From Paecilomyces variotii (Eukaryota), in NCBI GenBank assembly GCA_004022145.1, contig RCNU01000001.1: a stretch of DNA of 64,000 nucleotides; one strand, 5' to 3'. A program made the translations under genes and the position numbers. Below, one piece after another: positions 36,331-48,706 of the stretch. Each line of letters starts with the position of its first letter. The first letter of the stretch is position 1. The notes beneath the pieces were generated by a model. It was not told the DNA's origin and did not search any database. It saw only the letters and a list, made by a program, of their open reading frames with translations.

Positions 36331-37911
36331 TGTCACGAACCAGGGTTACGGCGGACCTGCCTAGTCTTGGAGAAGAGATATACGTGTAATAGTTAGATCA
36401 GCTAGTCATACGATACAGCTGTCAAGACTAGGTCGTTCTAATGACCTAGTAAGATAAACCCCCTAGAGAATGGAAGTTAGACGGATCAGCGCCTCTTAAC
36501 TAGTTCGACTGGTCACCCCCATCAAAGAGCTTCCACACCCCAGCTCTTTACAGTTCGAATCGCTCGACCAGCAGTATGTCGGGAAGAGGAGAGACACCAG
36601 GAAGTAGTGCTGAAAATCAGCATGGAGAACCATTGGAATATAGCCCGAGACGTGCGGTGCAGCCCAAATCCGAATACAGCCCGGAACCTGAAGCTCAACC
36701 CGGACCAGCAAGCAGTATTGGTCCTGGGGATCCAACGAACCCAGGAAGTAATACGGATCCTGATGCTCAACAGGAATCAAATACTGTTGATCCCGGACCC
36801 TCTACTTCCACGGCTTTACAGCAGCAAACTGCTTTTGCAACAGCCGAAGCTATGAGAGATACAGCTAAGGGGACGTCAGAGCACAGCACCCTAGCCGTCT
36901 TTCTCAGACTGATGGACAAGTTGATACCTAGTCCAGGAACTACGGCCAATCCAGGAACTGTGGCCAATTCAGGAACTGTGGTCGGTCAAACAACTGTGGC
37001 CAAGCTTCCTGAACCTCATCGGTACCGAGCTACAAATTTGGATGCCCATTACCGTTGGTGCTGCTATATGGATCAATACTTTATCTATAATGCTCACACG
37101 TTTCAAACTGAAAAAAGCAAGGTAAACTACGCCGCCGCGTTGCTTGGAGATGAACACGGAATAGCCTGGAGTCACAGACCCCCTGCTTCGGCCACGACTT
37201 CATGGCAGGGATTTCAACAGTGGTTGTTGGATCGTATCGAGGATCCAAGATATCGGCCATGGACAGCAGCCGTACGATTCTACCGGCTAAGGCAACAGCC
37301 AGGACAGACTGCTCGGAGCTTCCTCAATGAATTCGAGCTTCGCCGAGGCGAATTGGACCCGGATACCATATATCAGCCGGATCACCCTAGTTGGACCCGG
37401 ATATTTTTTTCTATGTTACGGGAAGAAGTACGGAGTCAGCTATTCGAATGTACGGAGATTCCGACAAACTTGTTACAGTTAGCTTGGCAAGCTACAGTCG
37501 TCGAGCAGAATCCTGAAAGCTCAGTCAAATCCCGGACGTCGCGTCCTCTTCGGAGGTCGAAACGCGGTCGTGGCGACGCCGCTCTTACTGTGCCCGCAGC
37601 GGAGGGAACTCCTGCTCGGCCAGTTAAGAAATTGCGAAGGAGGTCAAAGGCGAAGGAGGTTCCTAGTAAGGAGACCCCAAGAGTTCAGGCCGCCGTCGAG
37701 GCCAGGAGATGTGGCCGCCGTCGAGACGCCCGCTCCTGAGTCTGAACCGGCTGCCGTTGAGACGCCGGTGACGACGATTACTGTTGCCGATGCTGATACA
37801 GTAGTTGGGGATCGTCCTGCTGCCTCCGAGGAGGACCCCGTTGCGGATCCTTCTTGCCCAGAGGGTTCGACCGAAGACTTTCCCAGGGGTCTCATCACCC
37901 AGAAAGAATGA
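36331..37911 (+). mobile_element. Ty3/gypsy-type gag-only retroelement relic
   Basis: Begins TGTCACG (LTR-like start). ORF 36576-37739 has a retrotransposon capsid-like pattern (KVNYAAALL...W...SWQGFQQWLL...LRQQPGQTARSFLNEF); frameshifted tail to 37911. No pol or second LTR found. Confidence 0.65.
36933..37004 (+). repeat. Four degenerate 18-bp tandem repeats within gag
   Basis: CCAGGAACTACGGCCAAT / CCAGGAACTGTGGCCAAT / TCAGGAACTGTGGTCGGT / CAAACAACTGTGGCCAAG. Confidence 0.75.
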
Positions 37912-38857
37912 AACGCGCTTCGAGCGCGTGGGAGGCATTGCTACGCCAATTAGCTTTGTCACATGGAGTTGCAGAATTACAACTTACGTCAAAACGCACG
38001 CGCCAGACCACGGGAAAAACAACTCGAAAATCCGATTTTTTGATAGGTCTGTATAATCGTTAGCACTTTTCCATATTCAGATTGTCGAAAACAACGCCAA
38101 ATAAACCGCGGAAACAGGGAGACCACAGCTCAACGTACAGGCAGGAGGATGGGAGTTGGTGGGTGAAGACGAAGAACACTCCAGATCCCCCAGAGGAAAA
38201 TATCAAAACAAAGCCAACATCAGATGAATTCACATGCCGAGCACGCCTCGACGGCGACTCCCTACTACTACTACAGCTACGCCCAAACCTCCAGATCTAT
38301 ACAACGAACTTCACACCGCTCGGGACGAGCCTTTTCACGACAAAATCAGGGGTTGGGGTAAATACAAGAATCAAATACTAGCCCAAGGCTTGACCGGTAT
38401 ATATCCTCTCATTGAATAATAGAGTGTCTTTCCGACCCAGTGGGATGTTGTATCGCAGTGCGAGACATCGGAACAGAGGTACTCCCGCAACGTGTCAACA
38501 CAGGCAAAAGCACGGTGATCACTATGTAGGTGGAAAGTTCGGTGGAAATATCGGGATAATGTCAGAAGGAATTTGACCGATATCTTGAAGTAGGGTGCAT
38601 TACGCATGGAAAGAGTTTGATCAATTGTGGTCCAGCATACAAGACGTGGACGGATTCTATAAACGAAACGACCATAAGTCATCAAGATGGTCAAACCCAT
38701 TCTGGTTCTAACATAGAACCCCGGTATTTTGCATCGAGTGGATGATGATGGATGTATCCCCACCCCCTTTTTGTTTTGTTTTTTTTTTTTTTTTTTTTTA
38801 AAGCATAGCTAAATGGACCATATATAATGGATTGAAATCCTTACGCCAAGGAACCCT

Positions 38858-41250
38858 TTAAGAAAAGATCCGCAAGTGCGGCATAAAGTCATCTGAGCCC
38901 GGAGCCGGGTCAACAGTTGTAGAATTAAGCGAATTCAGGAACACAAATGAGGTATCCGAATCTTGGAGCGCAAAGGAGGCGTCTGGCTCTTGGAACACAG
39001 AATTGTCAAACCCTGAACTGTTAATTTCTTTAAGTTCCGACCCTATGTAGCCGTAGCCGCTTCCAAGGGGAGAGAGAAGATCTGTTATAGAGCACATGTT
39101 TGTTGATGATTCCGGGCTTGGCTTTTGCCGTTTGTATTGGGTGTTTCGAACGCTTGTTACGTCTTTCACAATAACTGATAATTGGTAGAGCTTACTGTTG
39201 TAAGAGTTTTCGGATCGGCCGTCTGTGATTGCTTCAAGCATGTCGATATAGTCTTGGAGCATGCTGAAATCGGACTTTGAATCCTTGTTGCTGAGGATGG
39301 ATGAAAGAACTTCGTAGAGATACAGTGGAGGAAGCGAGGCAACAAAGCTATGGGCGTGGCATCATTAGTCATCTGTGTTGAGAGCAGTTATGGGTTACTT
39401 CAATACTGACGATGGGAAAACAGCGTGCTTGCCTTCGTCGGGTGGTGAGTTCCAAAGGCTTAGCACAAGTTTCATGCACATCCTAGCGACCTCTTTACAT
39501 CGTTGATATATGGTATCTGGGTGGTGTTTGTGGGGCCAGATTAGTAGCAATTGAACATTTAGGTACCTGATCGTCAACTGAAGCTTATCAGCAGAGGTCT
39601 CAGGCGGGGTTTGAATCATATTCAAGTCAATTCCCGAGTTCGTCAGCCAGACTTGAAGTTTTGATAACATCATGGCTGCGAAAGCCCTAATCTCATCTTC
39701 CCTTTTAGGCTTGACCTGGCTTGCGTATATTTCCAAGTATATCGTCTCTTCAATCCTAGCCAGCTCGGATTTTGCGATGAGAGATGATGCAAGACTAACT
39801 TCAGAGGACACGGCGTATGTCTCGAAATGAATATCCGATGCGGGCATGTTAGGAGACAAACCAGTTGTCCAGCACACTGTTTTATCAATCGTGTACAAAC
39901 AATACGAGATGGTCTGGCGCTCTCTAATGTCTTCGTCGCTGAGGTGACCTTGGAAAGAGTGCCATTGATGGATACCTGTCAACTTTGCGCATCGGGAAGC
40001 GAGATCAAACAATCTCTCGGATTCAACGATGGAAAAATGCTCCTGAGCCACCATGTACTGCATATGGTAAGCCTCACGCTAGGTAGCTACAGAGATAATA
40101 TGTATTTATTTGAAACGCACCAGAGATAAGAGAGCCTGAACATTGATCAGACGAGGTAAAAGAAGCTGATCAATATTTTGAATAGCTCGCTTTGCGTTGG
40201 CACGGAATCCCGCGATCATGTCAAATTCCATTGACGAAACCTTTGTCCCTTGTCTGTTCTGCGTTGACTCGCCACGGTTGGAGCACAATGAGTCTGCCGA
40301 CATGGCCATGAGGATAAGGTTATTGCAGCAGATAATTGACGCAAAGTCTCGTTCCGATGATGGAGATTGTCGCAGCGTGGTTGCCATGTCAATAAATTTC
40401 TCTTTTGTCCAGATGGGGAAGTGAGGGTTGATTGAGGAAAAGTATGGCTCAATCATAGCATCCAAAATAGCAAATGGAGGTGTGGTCGGTGGTAATATAT
40501 CCTTGGCACATTCTCCCTCCTCCTGTTTAACAAGAAGATCGATTTTCCATTGTGCTTGTGAGATGCATTCCTTGAACGTGTGGCTTTCACTGTCGCATCC
40601 ATCTGTCATGTCGTCCTTGATCTTGAGCATGAGTGACTCGAGAGACGTGGATCCAAAGTACCTTTCATCATTATTGTGACCCAAGAGAAATCGACCAGGA
40701 GGCGGCGCAAAGTCCGTCGTTTCCAAAGTGTCCGCGGATTGCTCCGGAGAAAACTGGGGTCTCTGTCCTGGAGGGCTGGACGAATGTCGTGCAGAATTTG
40801 GCGGGGTTACCCATTGCCCATCAAAGAGTCGTTTCAATGATCTTTGCGTGTCTGCTATTGTATTCTTTTATCTAATCAGTAACAGGCGGCTTGAGAGGTA
40901 TATTATTAGCATTATGCTTGACCTACCTCAAGGTGTTGGAGGCGACTTCCCATTCCAAGAATCGTGTGGCTTCTGTGAAATTGTGGGTTAAGTATCACCA
41001 CGCATCAGAAACATGGCAGACATACAGGAGCGTTGTTTGATTGCGCTTTTTGCCCTGACCAGACCACTCGCATTGTATTCCAAGGCGGGTACAATTTCTG
41101 CATGATGGTTTCTCTCTACTGCAGCGAATTTTCCTGGATCGACATTGGTCGCAGACTTGGAAGTGATTGGCCACATTAGCTTTCCTCTCATTGACTGAAA
41201 CTGACATGCTACCTACCAGTGTACTCATCTCTACTGACCTCTCTCGTCAT
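38858..41250 (-). CDS. sphG: Zn(II)2Cys6 pathway-specific transcription factor (SphG-like), about 696 aa
   Basis: CDQCRSRKIRCSREKPSCRNCTRLGIQC plus fungal TF middle region (YFSSINPHFP, CLYTIDK). Exons 41250-41217, 41155-41026, 40972-40927, 40864-40121, 40057-39411 and 39347-38858 are phase-consistent. Confidence 0.9.
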
Positions 41251-41789
41251 TTTGCTGGGCTTCCTAGGGACCGGTTGATAGTCACGTAAGGTTGTTTTCT
41301 CACTAGAAATTATGACAAGGCTGTGCGCAGAGCATAATTATAGCCAAGTTGTGAATGGGGGCCATTCGGAATACTGCTTTTTGTTCTTGTTTTTTGATAA
41401 ATACCACCTTCAGATGACATGCATTTTCCTGTCTAGTATGGTCTTGGATGCAGCGTTCGGTTCTTGAATTGGATGATCCAGGAGGTCGTCAGCTTACATG
41501 CGTCAGCGTTAGCTTGAGCTGATCTCAGAAGCCCAGCCTCGCCAGGCGTTCATATGCAAGACGATGGAATGTGAAGATCGTATGGACAACGATGTTACAC
41601 CAAGTGACGGGAACTATTATTCCTTACCTTACGTCCTAGTAAATACTGCAAGGATTATAACATATTCAAACGTAGTGCCGGTAAGGTTTCTCAGCTATCA
41701 AAAGGTCGAAGTTATCATGCGATCTGTAAACCTTCCTTCGCTCGACAAGTGAATTGAAAGACCGCATGGGGGTAGAACTGAGGCCAGGC

Positions 41790-42620
41790 TATGGAGTATA
41801 GAAACATGCACTGCTTGGTATATCCAAATCGCATAGTCATAAATCTAGTCATTCAGACACGTAACTGGATGAGGCTGAAGACTTTATTGTTGGATCTAAG
41901 GAGGGGTCGTCGCATGCCATATCGAAAATTGCTTCAAGTGCTAGAGTCTGATGTCTCAGAGAATTTCTTGCGCCGGCACTTATGAAAGAAGCTATTCAGA
42001 CTGTGTTGCCCTTCCCGAACCACCTATCTCTAAGAAAAACGGCCCGCGAGCACTTGAGCTGGTCCCTGGAGCGATTGTATACAGTGCTTTGGAATGATGA
42101 GACCTGGGTGTGTCCTAGACATCATATTAGAATCGTCTTCCAGAGAGGGAGGGTCGGATGTTCTTGGGTCCTTTAGGGGCAATAAAAAGGGTCCATCTGT
42201 TTTCTGGGAAAACACTTAGGGTTCAATTGAAGGGGAGTCTTATTGTCAAAGGATAACTCGTCCCTTTAATTGACAAGTATATGCATCTGAAACCTCATCT
42301 TCTCCCAATGCAAGACGGTGCACCAGGACATAGTGCCAGATTGTCCCAGGAGGAGCTTCAATATCGCGCAATTGAAACGATCTTCTGGCCACCCTATTCG
42401 CCAGACCCGAGTCCGGTCGAGACAGTATCGGATGAAACTCGGGATTGAATAGATCAGCACTATTCTCATCGTAGAAAGCTGCATACAGTCAGCTTTGCTA
42501 GGTGGATCAAGAAGGGTGCAAATGCTATATCATGATGGCGCCACCTGTACTACCAAGCTTACCAAGGGTAACACAGGAAATAAAGTAGTTTAGGTTCGAA
42601 AAGTTTGATAACATCCATGA
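41790..42620 (+). mobile_element. Decayed Tc1-type (DD34E) transposase remnant; boundaries approximate
   Basis: Fragments in changing frames: VLWNDETWV (D at 42096), KKGPSVFWE, MQDGAPGHSA (D at 42314) and WPPYSPDPSPVE (E at 42419). Exactly 34 residues separate the second D and the E. Confidence 0.85.
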
Positions 42621-43143
42621 GGAGGCGTCCGGCCCGGCCCAGATTTGAAAGTGTCAAGGGCTCCTACTGGAGGTCACGCAATCTAGGCCAGGATATGTTA
42701 GAGGTCCAGGTAGAGTCTCGCCAACTAGGAGTTCTCCTTTTTGGTCGAGTGGCAGAAAGCCGTCAGGATATATGCCTGCCTGCCACTAGTTGGTATTTAA
42801 TCAAACAAGCTTACAACTTCCTTCAAAATCAAAGATGACAAAGCGGTAGAATGCCAGCAGCAATGCAGAAAGCTATCCATGATATCTCGTATTCTCCCGC
42901 AAATCGGGGACGGGATCCGGGGCTGGTTTCTCGATCTGCTCGGCGCCCGGGCCCCGATTGGCTCACGGGACGTTAAGTATAGGTAGCCCTTTTTGTAAAA
43001 CTTGATTCCCATGGTCGATGTCCCGACGGATTAATATTATTCTTCATTGAATGCAACTCATACATTAGAATCTGGTAATAGAGTTCCACCTATACTTTGT
43101 CGGCTTGAACAGATTTTCGGACTACTCTCTCAACGACCAAAGT

Positions 43144-44388
43144 ATGAAGCCTAACCAGGATCTATTTGGCAAAGTAATCGTCGAGTTCACACATATCAAA
43201 GGATATACATTGACATGATTGGCAGACAGCCTTTGTAACTGGTGGCTCTGGCGGGTTAGGGAAAGCTATATCTAATGCCCTTGCTTCCCGAGGTCAGTTG
43301 GGTCGTCGAATACCTATCTACATCGATATTTGTTCACTTAAAATCAACTTAGGTGCACATGTAACTATATTTTCGCGACGACTCGGCCCTCTAGAAGATG
43401 CAAAGAATGAGATAGTCACAAATTGTGCTGATGCTAGTCGGCAAGAGATCAATGCGGTGCCTCTTGATCTGGCAGATGCAGGGGCAGTACGTGATCCTGG
43501 GATACTTTTTCCCTGGTGAATTCTTCTAACTGGCAAATACTACTCAAGGTATCCGAAGCCTTCAAATCTCAACCTCGAATCGCCGATATCTTATACTGCT
43601 CAGCGGGTGGAAACCATGCCGAAAACGGATTCTTCGTCGACCTCAGTGCCTCACAGCTAGATGCTTGCATGAAGAATAACTACTATTCTACAGCTTACGC
43701 CGCAAAAGCCATGCTGGAAATCTGGGTTGAAAATGACAAGAAGTCCTCCAGTATAGATACCCAGAAACAGCCCAAAGGACATACTACGCGGAAGATGGTT
43801 TTCATCAACAGTGCAGCAGCGTTCCTGGGCCTACCAGGTAGCGTCGCGTATACTCGTGAGTCCACTTTTTTTTGCCTCGAATATGCCTCTGAATTCCCGT
43901 TGAATGACTTACTCTTACTAACATAACACGTCGACTCAGCCGCCAAAAGCGCTGTCCGAGCTCTCGCAGATACCCTTCGCTTCGAAGTCCTCCGCCACAA
44001 CTCCGCAACGACAACCTACACGATCCACATCGCCTTCCCAGCAGACTTTGTGTCTCCTGGATTCAGACTAGAACAAAACACCAAGCCGGATCTTACAAAA
44101 CGTATCCAAGGAACGAACCTTGCATCATTGGCAGAGCTGGAGAAGAAATTCCCATCGTCAGAGAAGGTCGCGCTTGGGGTTATCGCGAGGGTCGATAAGG
44201 GGGACTTTATTATATGTGAGGACTCGCTCGCTGCTAGTTGTCTGTTCACAAATATGATTGGGTTGAGTCCAAAGAGGGGGCTTGGGATCATGGATTCGCT
44301 GATGGGTGTTGTTGTTGGGTGGTTGGTTATGCCTTTTTTGAGACGGAAATGGGAGCGGATGTGCAGGGAGGATGGGGAGAGGATGTGA
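43144..44388 (+). CDS. sphF: 3-ketosphinganine reductase (Tsc10/KDSR)-like SDR (SphF-like)
   Basis: TGGSGGLG, INSAAA, YTPAK (spliced) and a C-terminal hydrophobic anchor. Introns 43174-43225, 43293-43352, 43487-43548, 43856-43939. Confidence 0.88.
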
Positions 44389-44595
44389 GATATAGACCTG
44401 GGAGAGCGTCATTTGTTAGCATATCTATTATCATATACTATTTTCTAGGTCCAATATGTGTGTATGTGAGAGCTTTATCAACATATATCTTTATGTAATG
44501 CCGCATCAATGTTGAGCAGTGTATGCTACTGTGAGGCGATGTACTGGTAGCTTAGCGTATTACTATTGTAGTGATATTCGCAAAACTATATTCTA

Positions 44596-46104
44596 TTATT
44601 CATCGGACATCTGGCGAAGCTGCTGTTCCACAGCCGGCCAGAGGTCTTTGCGTAAGGAATACAAGCACCAAACATTGCCAGCGGCATCCTTGCCAATAAC
44701 CACGCCAGTATTGCGCGTTGCATATCCCTTTGTTCCAGTGCCCTGGATAGAGGACGGTTTGCCTAGCGAATTGATCCGGCTCTTCAATGGCAATCCTTCC
44801 TCTTGGACAGCAGCCGAGAAATCAAGTTCGAAAAGCTTCGATTTGGCCCAATTGGAGATCATGATCATGTACATACTGGGTTTCCCAAATAGCGCCGGAT
44901 GATGTGTATTGTCCAGTATTTCCTTTTGAATAGAAACCAATGCCTGGAGTTGCTCTGTGTTCCGTTGTTGAATCAAAGATTTGCGAATCTCGGATGCGGT
45001 GAAACTCAACGGTTCTTCAATGACTTGGCGGACGGAGAGGAAAGTCAAGGTTGCAAAGACAGCGTTGGTTACCAAAGCAGAACTAGCAGACGGAATATGG
45101 CCAAGATCTGCCAAAAGCGATCTACAACAGTATGTATTCCGCATGTTGATCGTGCGGTTGGGTGATGGTTTATCCGCTCGAAGAATAACTCGTGTCCACC
45201 AAGCGAACAGGACATCACCTTCGCTGACGAAACTGGGGGTATTGCTCTCATCGGTATGCCTGGCTGCCAGGTCTCCCATTGCCTTCTCATGCATCCTTTT
45301 CACATGTTTCGCTGGCAAGAAAATGACCCTTTCTTCCTCACGATACTGCCAGAATAGCTCGACCCCGAGAATGTAGCGCACGGCAAACAACAACCAAGCC
45401 CAACCGATAATCACTGTATCAGCAAAGACATATTTCTGCACGACTCTTGTCCTTGTCTCACTGAGGCCAGCCAATGGATCATGAGCGAATCCCTCAAAGG
45501 GCTTCACCTCCTGTTCTCGTCCGTCCAGTACAGCAGTCCAGGCATCCAGTACCGCATTGAGACCCATCATATCCATGAGGCTATGAAGAAAGGAAATAGT
45601 AACAAGCGTGCCGTCTTCAAAGGCGATTATGCGAATTCCAAGTTGTGGACTATCTGAGGACAGCCAATCTTCCAGGTACTCCGGGAAACCAGGAGTCCGA
45701 ATGAAGGATCTGAACTCCGGCTTCCTCGCAAATGCAACACTAAGAACAGATGCCTGTCCCTCTTGATGAATCTGATGAGGGTTCGCTAATTGCGATGCCT
45801 GTGGATGGTCGGCTATCGTGGTGTTGTATGCGACCGTGGAGTATGCAAAGCCTGGCCGTTTGTCGTCGAACCTCTGTGGCACATGATATTCGAGCCCGCC
45901 CTTTTCATTTCTGCGTATTCGAGCCCCAAGTTTTCGCCAGTTTCCAATTTCGAGAAGCCGGGCTAGCGAGGCTCGAAGCTTTTCATGGTCCAAAACATCG
46001 TCGAAGCGGAACGTGATATCGAACGAGAGGCCTCGCGTGTGGGGGTCGTCATCCCAGTAATGGAATGGGATGACGGTGTCCGCTGGGTTCGGGGCATATC
46101 CCAT
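44596..46104 (-). CDS. sphE: CoA-dependent HxxxD (BAHD/Tri101-like) acyltransferase (SphE-like)
   Basis: Intronless 502 aa; HSLMD catalytic motif and ISNW...LDFS motif. Confidence 0.85.
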   Translation of the reverse strand: MGYAPNPADTVIPFHYWDDDPHTRGLSFDITFRFDDVLDHEKLRASLARLLEIGNWRKLGARIRRNEKGGLEYHVPQRFDDKRPGFAYSTVAYNTTIADHPQASQLANPHQIHQEGQASVLSVAFARKPEFRSFIRTPGFPEYLEDWLSSDSPQLGIRIIAFEDGTLVTISFLHSLMDMMGLNAVLDAWTAVLDGREQEVKPFEGFAHDPLAGLSETRTRVVQKYVFADTVIIGWAWLLFAVRYILGVELFWQYREEERVIFLPAKHVKRMHEKAMGDLAARHTDESNTPSFVSEGDVLFAWWTRVILRADKPSPNRTINMRNTYCCRSLLADLGHIPSASSALVTNAVFATLTFLSVRQVIEEPLSFTASEIRKSLIQQRNTEQLQALVSIQKEILDNTHHPALFGKPSMYMIMISNWAKSKLFELDFSAAVQEEGLPLKSRINSLGKPSSIQGTGTKGYATRNTGVVIGKDAAGNVWCLYSLRKDLWPAVEQQLRQMSDE

Positions 46105-46721
46105 TGTGAAGGGTAAATAACTTACTTAGAGCTTCGCAAAGGGAAAATACATCCAACATATCTACCTAATTACTATATACGTACGGAATACATGTATGGT
46201 TCAAGAAGACCGGAAAGCGCCACCGGATCGGCCCGATTGAGTAATTACGGGGTTTAGTTATCTACTTATGGCAGTCACCACATATTTCCTACTTCGGCGT
46301 AGCTTCGCCGACCGGAACCCGGAACCCGGTGATCCGGCCCCGTGTCAGATAAGCCCTAAAGCGATCCCGGGGATGTCCAAGTATCTACAGCCAACAATGG
46401 AGATTCTTTGTACGCAGTAGGTACTGTACATGTACATGTAAATGTGTATTGGGTCGTATCATACCGTACCAAAATTACCCTTTCCTCCTGTTCAGGATGC
46501 TCCACGTGATGATTCATGCTGAGAGCGATTTTCCAGACTCCTTAGCATGGAAATGTTCTTCTGTCCGAACGTTCAAAGATCACTGCAGACACACTCAAAC
46601 ACATGGCCCAAGCTTGACAGGGTGCTAGCAGCTACCAATCGAGCCACTGCATATTCTATCTCTGCCTTCAACTTTGGCCCTGACCCTGGCCCTGACACGA
46701 GCGGTGGGATACTGTGTCAAA

Positions 46722-48512
46722 ATGGGCTCCTCTCATTCCGGCACCGACGGGCCTGAGATATCTGCTCCCGAGGTTTCAGTTCAATCAGACGCGGAACTTG
46801 GATCAGGGAATACAGGTACTGCAGAGAAGGAGGTGAATAATTCCACAGAAGCCAACAGTGTGAGCGATGAAGCGAAGTCGCCAAAGAAACCACTGTCTTT
46901 CCACTTGGCATTCATTGGCCTCGCCGCCAGCGTTTTTGTCTTCCAGATGGACGCAACATGTCTGGGGTTGGTGCTGCCTGTAAGCCACGAAGATGCCTCT
47001 TTGGCTCCAAGCGTATTCCCTCGAGGATGAGGATGATGCAAAGGCTAACCCGTTTAACAGACTATAGCCGGTAACTTAGGCGGCTCAAATTTACAGTCTT
47101 TCTGGGCGAATCTGGCCTACACGCTATGTGGCCTTTCCATGCAACCAGTATGGGCAAGTATCTCCGACGCATTTGGAAGGAAACCACCTCTCTTCGTATC
47201 CATGGCATTATTCTTCGTTGGATCTATTGTTTTCGCCACCTCCAAAAACATGAACACGATCATCGCTAGCCGAGTACTGCAGGGCTTCGGCGGTGGAGGA
47301 ATCGACGTTTTGGCCGAAGTCATTTTGGCCGACATGACAACGCTACAAGAGCGCTCGACATACCTTGGCTTAATGGGGATTCCCGCGGCTATTGGTAATA
47401 TTCTGGGACCATCGGTTGGTGCGCTGTTCGCTACTTACGCTAGCTGGCGGTGGATTGGATGGATGAATTTGCCCTTTCTCGGGGTTGCTACACCGTTGCT
47501 GTTTCTCTTCCTCAACCTACGGCCGGTCAAGTTTGATGCTTCTCTCCGCGGCAATCTGGCTCGCCTTGATTGGATTGGTATGATGTTGATGATTATCGGT
47601 ATTACGATCTTCGTGTTGCCTCTCAGTTGGGCGGGTTCTCTGTTCCCGTGGGCTTCGTGGCAGACGCTTCTTCCGATGCTTCTGGGAGTGGTGGTGCTCA
47701 TTGCCTTTGCGTTTTACGAAAAGTACCCAGCGTCGCCGATCGTTCCTCATCGACTATTCCATTCAACGACTGCGAATATGACACTTGTAGGGGTGTTCTT
47801 TCATGGTGCAGTTCTAGTATCTATTTTGCAATATCTACCTTTGCTATATCAAGCTGTGCAGCTCGAAACACCAATTCTCTCTGCCGTCTCCTTACTACCC
47901 GCTGTCATCACCAGTGTGGTATTTGCAGCTATTTCAATGATGATGGTCCCGTTATTTGGAGGATACGCGTGGCTCCTTCGGTTCTCGTGGCTCATCCTTA
48001 CACTGGGCACTGGTTTACTCGCTTTGTTCCGTGTCGGATCATCGAAATCAATGGGTTATGGGCTTCCGATCTTGTGGGGAACGGGTGTTGCTTTACTTCG
48101 TCTCAGTATCCTTCCAATGCAAGCGAGTGTCAAGGATATCAATGACACCGGCCTCGCAATCGGCTTACTGTTAGGTGTTCGCATGTTCGGAGGTCTGGTA
48201 GGTCTCACCATCGCTTCAACAATTTTCAATACAACCTTTTCAACCTCGATATCTTCCTCTTCGATAAAGCTTACCGGATCACTGGCTCCTCTTCAGAACG
48301 CTGCCAATGCTGTCAGCTTCATTGACAAGCTGAGGTTGTTAGACATTTCAGTTGCAACTCTCGATCCCGTCTTGAGAGTTTATCTCAAATGTTTCCAGAC
48401 CATCTTTTATACAATGACGGGCCTGAGTGGTCTTGGTTTAGTGACTTCATTCTTCGTTGCCGAAATTGATTTGTATCGGAGAAATCTTGGCAACCAACGG
48501 TTCGAAGAATAG
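46722..48512 (+). CDS. sphD: MFS drug:H+ antiporter-type transporter (SphD-like)
   Basis: Intron 46980-47060. ISDAFGRK, RVLQGFGGGG, WRWIGWMNLP; many TM helices. Confidence 0.92.
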
Positions 48513-48706
48513 TTGATTCCAGCAAAATGGAGATCACGCGACCTACCGTCGAAACACATTGAGACTACACAGCTTTATCGAGTTACGGGTACAGTGTATA
48601 ATCTTATTTTCGTCTGTTATATTTTTGTCCAGATAAGTATATTGTCATGTACTTTCCAACAGGCAATGTAATGCAAACATCATAGAGAGGCCTGCAATTC
48701 TAATCT

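Noticed and set aside
38080-38760. Short ORFs downstream of gag as pol remnants
   Set aside because: No protease, RT, RNase H or integrase motif recognisable.
38754-38799. Long T tract and adjacent purine-rich run (minus strand) as a retro poly(A) tail or PPT
   Set aside because: Wrong orientation for the gag relic, no LTR start follows, and the neighbouring TF has introns.
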